A stretch of DNA of 64,000 bases. It comes from Spirochaetia bacterium. Its GTDB lineage: Bacteria; Spirochaetota; Spirochaetia; SP-2023. The notes beneath the pieces were generated by a model. The model did no database searches. It was given only the letters and a program-made list of their open reading frames with translations, and had not been told where the DNA came from. The DNA is taken from the NCBI GenBank assembly GCA_965225855.1, contig CBDDCK010000005.1, positions 576,001-640,000 on the forward strand. Reading direction: 5' to 3'. Both the position numbers and the translations under genes were made by a program. The number at the start of each line of letters is the position of its first letter. The first letter of the stretch is position 1. Below are positions 58,855-64,000 of this stretch, in pieces.

Positions 58855-61608
58855 CTATTTTTTGCCAGCCGTGGTGTTCAACGTTTTTGATACAATTTCA
58901 TAAAGCCTAGTAGATATTCCAGTCGTTTGTAAAATTGTTTCCAGAGCTTGGTGCATCGCCGTTTGGCTTTGGCTATCTAGGCTTTTGTAGGCAACAAAGG
59001 ATTTAGCCAAGCCGGCTGCCATCATGCTGTTAAAACTATCCACCTGTAAGATGCGTTGGGCCAAAAATAGATAGGCTGGATAATTGTTATTCTCGCCGGG
59101 TGAATGGAATACTACTAGGTTGCGCCCTAGCACAGCATACAGTGAGCGCAGCATATTGGGGTTATCTTTTTGGAATAAAGGGTGTTTTTCCAGCCGCTCA
59201 ATATTTTGCAAGGTAGATGCGTTGGGCACGCTGGCTTGTAGGGCAAACCAACGGCATAATACCAGAAAGTCATTTTGCCAGCGTTGGCAAAAATTCTCTA
59301 AGGCCTCTTGGCTGTGTTGGCCCGGCCAATAAGCCAGAGCCTGCAGAGCTGCGTAAGAATCCGTCATATTATTAGCAGTTTGGTATTGCTCGTAGGCTAG
59401 GCCATGGTATTTTTCTAGGTGGCATAGGTAATGCAAAATGGTGTTGCGTAGTTCGCGCTTACCAACCGCTTGCTGGTTGCGTTCATATTTTGATTGCGCT
59501 AAGGCTTGGTAGCTGGCAAGCAATTCGGTTTCTAATTGCTGGGCTAATTGGTAAGCACAGGATTCTCGCCGCTGGTGTAACGCTTGGAATTGCGGGGGAG
59601 ACTGTGTTGCAGAGAGAATTTGCAGACTCGGTAGCAGTAGCAATAATGATAGATAGCGGGGCTCTAGCTTTACCGAAATCTCTGCCGAACTTTGCTCTAT
59701 GCTAGTTAGCCAGTTTCGCAATTGCTCTATATATTCTGTTGCTAGCCATGATGGGGCATTGCTTGTTGTGTTGGGTGCTTTCGATACTTTCGATATATTT
59801 GGGGGAGGGCTTAGCAATATATTTTGCAAGTATTTTTGCAGTGCCTCATAGCGGTTAAACGGGTCTTGGTCGCAAGCGATCAACAACAGTAACTCTTGGT
59901 TGCTGTATTGGTAATGGCATTCTACTGGACTGATATGGTCGAGCAACAATGAAGGTATGGGTTTTGCTGGCAATTCTTGCTTGGGTTCTTTGGCCGAGTT
60001 ATTTGAAATTTTGTAGTGCAGTGTCGTCTCTTGTTCAAAAATTAATACACTGTCTTGCAGAAGTTTTTCCCCATTGCTTGGGTGGTATAAAGCTAGGGGT
60101 AAGGGGAAGGCCAAGGGCGGAAATTTTTGACTAGAGGTTGTTGTTGCGGCATTGGGATTTTCTTGGCGCAAATGTAGCAAAAATTCTTTGCCGTCCCATT
60201 CCGAACGAACATACAGCTGCGGTGTTCCCGCTTGTTCATACCAGCATCGCAGCAAGCTTAAATCCTTGCCACCGCCTTTTTGCAGAGCATCGACAAAGTC
60301 ATCACAAGTTACGGCTTGCCCGTCAAATTGTTCAAAATAGCAATCCATGCCTCTGCGGAAAGCTTCTGCTCCGAGGTAAGATGCCATCATGCGGATTACG
60401 GCCGCACCTTTTTCATAGACGGTTTGAGTGTAAAAGTTGTTGATGTCGATAAAAGATTCGGGGCGAATGGGGTGGCGGTTGGGGCCTCTGTCTTCGGGAT
60501 ACTGGTTGTTGCGCAGCATACGCACTTGTTGAATGCGGCAAACTTCTCGGCCAAAATGGTCTTCACTAAACAATTCATCGCGGTAAACGGTAAGTCCTTC
60601 TTTTAAGGTAAGCTGAAACCAGTCGCGGCAAGTAATGCGATTGCCTGTCCAGTTGTGGAAATATTCATGGGCGATAGTAGAGGCAATGTTTTCGTAAGTA
60701 GTATCGGTAGCAGTGGTATCGGTGGCAAATACTAAACTGGAGTTAAAAATATTTAGGCCCTTGTTTTCCATCGCACCAAAATTGAAGGAATCAACGGCCA
60801 CAATCATGAATAAATCCAAATCATACTCGCGGCCAAAATTTTGCTCGTCCCATAGCATGGATTGCTTGAGGCTTTCCATTGCGTGCTGCGCTTGCTGGGT
60901 TTTGCCTTTGTCGGTATAGATTTCCAGCTTTATCTGGCGGCCGCTACAGGTTTGAAAGCTATCGCTAAGCAAGTCTAAATCGCCGGCGACTAGGGCGTAT
61001 AGATAGGCAGGTTTGGCAAAAGGGTCTTGCCAACGAGCATAATGGCGGCCTCCATCACGCATGCTGGATTCTAGCAGGTTGCCGTTGGACAACAAGCGGG
61101 GGTAGGTTTTTTGGTCTGCCTCAATTTCGGTGCTAAAGCGCGCCATTACATCGGGGCGGTCGGGGTAAAAAGTAATGTGGCGAAAGCCAGTAGCTTCATT
61201 TTGGGTACACAGTATTTTGCCAGATTGGTACATGCCTTCGAGGGATTTATTGTTGTATGGGTTTATGCGAACCTGGGCGGCAAATTGAAAACTGGGTTTG
61301 CCCGCGGTTCCCAATAGTTCTAGTTTGTTTTCTTGGTAGCAGTAGCCGGTTTGATTTGTTTGACCTACGCCCGTTTGGCTGGCTTGGAGGCCTACGCCAT
61401 CAAGTTCTATTTGCAATATTTCTAAATCTACACCGTCTAGTATGCAGTTTTGTTGTTCTAGGTTAGTTTGCTGGTATTGGGGGTTGGCGGCAAATTGAAT
61501 TTGGCTCAAGACAATCACATGGTCTGCAAAAATATTGAACGATAGATGGCAATACTCTATGTTAAAAGGGAAGGGTTGGTAGTCTTTACGATATATTGTT
61601 TGGGGCAT
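58855..61608 (-). CDS. pepN: Aminopeptidase N (M1 family)
   Basis: GAMENKGLN, HEYFHNW...KEG, NFYTQTVYEKG; start moved to MPQTIYRKDY. Confidence 0.96.
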   Translation of the reverse strand: MPQTIYRKDYQPFPFNIEYCHLSFNIFADHVIVLSQIQFAANPQYQQTNLEQQNCILDGVDLEILQIELDGVGLQASQTGVGQTNQTGYCYQENKLELLGTAGKPSFQFAAQVRINPYNNKSLEGMYQSGKILCTQNEATGFRHITFYPDRPDVMARFSTEIEADQKTYPRLLSNGNLLESSMRDGGRHYARWQDPFAKPAYLYALVAGDLDLLSDSFQTCSGRQIKLEIYTDKGKTQQAQHAMESLKQSMLWDEQNFGREYDLDLFMIVAVDSFNFGAMENKGLNIFNSSLVFATDTTATDTTYENIASTIAHEYFHNWTGNRITCRDWFQLTLKEGLTVYRDELFSEDHFGREVCRIQQVRMLRNNQYPEDRGPNRHPIRPESFIDINNFYTQTVYEKGAAVIRMMASYLGAEAFRRGMDCYFEQFDGQAVTCDDFVDALQKGGGKDLSLLRCWYEQAGTPQLYVRSEWDGKEFLLHLRQENPNAATTTSSQKFPPLAFPLPLALYHPSNGEKLLQDSVLIFEQETTLHYKISNNSAKEPKQELPAKPIPSLLLDHISPVECHYQYSNQELLLLIACDQDPFNRYEALQKYLQNILLSPPPNISKVSKAPNTTSNAPSWLATEYIEQLRNWLTSIEQSSAEISVKLEPRYLSLLLLLPSLQILSATQSPPQFQALHQRRESCAYQLAQQLETELLASYQALAQSKYERNQQAVGKRELRNTILHYLCHLEKYHGLAYEQYQTANNMTDSYAALQALAYWPGQHSQEALENFCQRWQNDFLVLCRWFALQASVPNASTLQNIERLEKHPLFQKDNPNMLRSLYAVLGRNLVVFHSPGENNNYPAYLFLAQRILQVDSFNSMMAAGLAKSFVAYKSLDSQSQTAMHQALETILQTTGISTRLYEIVSKTLNTTAGKK

Positions 61609-61861
61609 ATTTGAATTTTCCTTAAATTTTGATTTTTTGCTTTGCTTAAAAAAAGATGGTTTTCTAGTATACTGGGGCAGGCAATAGAACACCAGTTTTG
61701 TTTTGTGTTTTTTATGGTTACAGCAAAAATTTTTGTGATAGCTTTTGTTAATTTGGTAAACCCCTTGAACATATTTTATAGAGCTTCGAAAATTGCGGGG
61801 TTTGCCAAATGTGTTTATAACATGATGGGCTAGAAAGCTGAATTTTTAGGAGTAATATTTT

Positions 61862-62905
61862 ATGCTAAATTTTATGGAGAGGGTAAAGGAAAATGCCCGC
61901 AGTTTACAAAAGTGTTTGGTATTAGCTGAAGGCAATGATTTGCGCATTTTGCAAGCTGGGCGCATGTTAGTTGATGAACAATTGGTGAAAGAGTTGGTGA
62001 TTTTAGATTCTAGGACTTTTGGGGATTGTGGGGCCAAAACTTTGGCAGCAAAACATGGCCTTGACTTGAGCGGCATTGAGTTATTAGAGCCAGAGGCAAG
62101 CCCTAATTTGAATGATTATGCGGCTAGTTTTTATGAGCTGCGCAAGCAAAAAGGCATTAGCCAAGATGATGCGCTGGAAGCAATGAAGAATCCGCTAAAT
62201 TTTGCAGCGATGATGCTGCGCCAAGGGCATAGCGATGCCTTGGTTGCGGGTGCGGTCAATTCTACGGCCAATGTGTTGCGTGCGGGCTTTACCATTATTA
62301 AGACTGCGCCTGGGGTTAAGCTGGCTTCATCTTGCTTTGTGATGGATTTTAGCCAGCAACCTGCTTTACTGAATGGCCGTAAATGGGGCAGCGATGGCTT
62401 GATGCTCTTTGCCGATTGTGCCGTCAATCCCGAACCAAATGCCGAGGAACTGGCCGAAATTGCCTTGCAGTCGGCCGTTTCTTGCCGTAAGCTTTTGGGG
62501 GCAGAACCAGTGGTGGCTTTGCTTTCGTTTTCGAGCAAGGGCTCGGCCAAGCATGCGCATGTTGACCGTGTGGTGCAGGCTTTGGAAATTGCCAAGGCCA
62601 AAGCCCCTGATTTGCAAATTGATGGTGAATTGCAATTAGATGCTGCGATTGATGTTGCGGTGGGCCAAAGTAAGGCCCCCGGTTCTTGTGTTGCGGGCAA
62701 GGCCAATGTCTTGGTTTTTCCGGATTTGCAGTCTGGCAATATTGGTTATAAGTTGGTGCAGCGTTTTGCTGGCGCCCAAGCCTACGGCCCTTTTTTGCAG
62801 GGCTTTGCTTTGCCGATTACCGATTTATCGCGCGGCTGTAGTGTGGAAGATATTGTCAATACTTCTGCGGTTACACTTGTACAAACGTTTGCACAAACTC
62901 AATAG
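61862..62905 (+). CDS. pta: Phosphate acetyltransferase
   Basis: FADCAVNP, LLSFSSKGSA, DGELQLDAA, FPDLQSGNIGYK, DLSRG. Confidence 0.96.
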   Translation: MLNFMERVKENARSLQKCLVLAEGNDLRILQAGRMLVDEQLVKELVILDSRTFGDCGAKTLAAKHGLDLSGIELLEPEASPNLNDYAASFYELRKQKGISQDDALEAMKNPLNFAAMMLRQGHSDALVAGAVNSTANVLRAGFTIIKTAPGVKLASSCFVMDFSQQPALLNGRKWGSDGLMLFADCAVNPEPNAEELAEIALQSAVSCRKLLGAEPVVALLSFSSKGSAKHAHVDRVVQALEIAKAKAPDLQIDGELQLDAAIDVAVGQSKAPGSCVAGKANVLVFPDLQSGNIGYKLVQRFAGAQAYGPFLQGFALPITDLSRGCSVEDIVNTSAVTLVQTFAQTQ

Positions 62906-62997
62906 CACAAGTCATAATCTTCAATGCGATATTGACTGTGATTGAAGATTATGTTATTTAAGAAAATATTAAGCGAAACATTAGGAGGCTTAAACTT

Positions 62998-64000
62998 ATG
63001 AAAATGATGCACATGATTGCGGTATTCTCTTTATTGTCTTTTCTTGCTTGCGATAACGGACAAGACGGACAAGACGGGCAAGATGGACAAGATGGCAAAA
63101 ACGCTCAAGGCAACAACCAACCGGCGCCACCATCCCCGACTGTTTGCCCAAAGGCTAAATATAACCCCGCAAATAAGGCGGAACTCGAGAAACTTTTAGA
63201 TTCTGGCAGAGTGCAAGATTACAATACAATAGATACTTCCCAAATTACCGATATGTCTAGCTTATTTTATGGGAAGAGGACTTTTAACAAAGATATTAGT
63301 TGCTGGGACACTTCAAATGTTACCACTATGCAATTTATGTTCAACAGTGCTGCTGCTTTTAATCAGAATTTGGAAACAAGGGACAAGAAATGGAATACCA
63401 GCAATGTTAAAGATATGTCTTTCATGTTCAGCTATGCCACAGCTTTTAATGGCAAAATTGGCAATTGGGACACCAGCGCGGTTACCAATATGAAGTCAAT
63501 GTTTTCGGTTGCTACTGCTTTTAATCAGGATTTAGAAAGAAAGGGCAAGCAATGGGACACCAGCAAGGTTACCGATATGGCTGGCATGTTCAGCTATGCT
63601 TCTTCTTTTAATAGCAAAATTCACACTTGGAAAACCGGCAAGGTTACCGATATGAATAGTATGTTCAGCCATGCTACAGTTTTTAATCAACCCATCAATC
63701 ATAACAATGGTAATTGGGACACTGTTAATGTTCTGACTATGAGAGGTATGTTCGAGGGTGCTACCAAATTTAACCAAAACCTCAACCGTTGGAATACGAG
63801 TAAAGTTGTAGATATGACCTTTATGTTCAAAGACGCAAAAGCCTTTAACGGGCCCATTGGCAATTGGGAAACCCATAAGGTTGGTACCCATAAATTAGGG
63901 GTTAAGAAGGGTATGCAGGGAATGTTTCAGGGTGCAACATCTTTTAACCAACCCATCAATACAAACCCTAGAAATGAGCAAGTAAGTAATGTATGGGACG
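62998..64000 (+). CDS. BspA-like/DUF285 repeat surface lipoprotein (runs off window; absent from ORF track)
   Basis: AGGAGG RBS; MKMMHMIAVFSLLSFLAC; (GQD)4; repeated WDTSxVTxMxxMF..A..FN units; open frame to the window end. Confidence 0.9.
   Translation, partial: MKMMHMIAVFSLLSFLACDNGQDGQDGQDGQDGKNAQGNNQPAPPSPTVCPKAKYNPANKAELEKLLDSGRVQDYNTIDTSQITDMSSLFYGKRTFNKDISCWDTSNVTTMQFMFNSAAAFNQNLETRDKKWNTSNVKDMSFMFSYATAFNGKIGNWDTSAVTNMKSMFSVATAFNQDLERKGKQWDTSKVTDMAGMFSYASSFNSKIHTWKTGKVTDMNSMFSHATVFNQPINHNNGNWDTVNVLTMRGMFEGATKFNQNLNRWNTSKVVDMTFMFKDAKAFNGPIGNWETHKVGTHKLGVKKGMQGMFQGATSFNQPINTNPRNEQVSNVWD

Noticed and set aside
57265..62945. Numerous overlapping ORFs within flgJ, nucleotidyltransferase, pepN and pta
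   Set aside because: They are antisense or out-of-frame shadows of well-supported genes, with no recognisable motifs.
63017..63891. Three short ORFs at the right edge
   Set aside because: They are alternative frames or antisense of the DUF285-like gene starting at 62998.

Overview
A chromosomal window most consistent with a host-associated spirochaete. This is inferred from the flgN-flgK-flgL-fliW-csrA cluster, the rplY-pth-tilS order, spirochaetal-style lipoprotein signal peptides and the ParE type. It is mostly housekeeping: leuS (truncated by the window edge), tilS, pth, rplY, ispE, rdgB, tig, aroB, aroC, parE, efp, argC, pepN, pta, seven tRNAs and SRP RNA. The notable accessory elements are: (i) a family of modular surface lipoproteins, with two full paralogs in inverted orientation around a ~10.7 kb segment plus a start-less 5' stub, shared upstream elements, poly-C promoter tracts, 46-bp tandem arrays and an (EQA)39 stalk; (ii) a four-gene cluster beside tRNA-Val encoding an amino-acid binding protein, a DAACS symporter, a Cache-type class III nucleotide cyclase and an Asp/Glu-family racemase, which is a candidate (D-)amino-acid sensing/cAMP system; (iii) a YidC-sulfatase-like fusion; (iv) a disrupted subtilisin/kexin-like lipoprotein protease; (v) a DUF285/BspA-like repeat lipoprotein running off the right edge. 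No CRISPR array, transposase, integrase or reverse transcriptase was seen. All calls come from reading the sequence; no searches were run.
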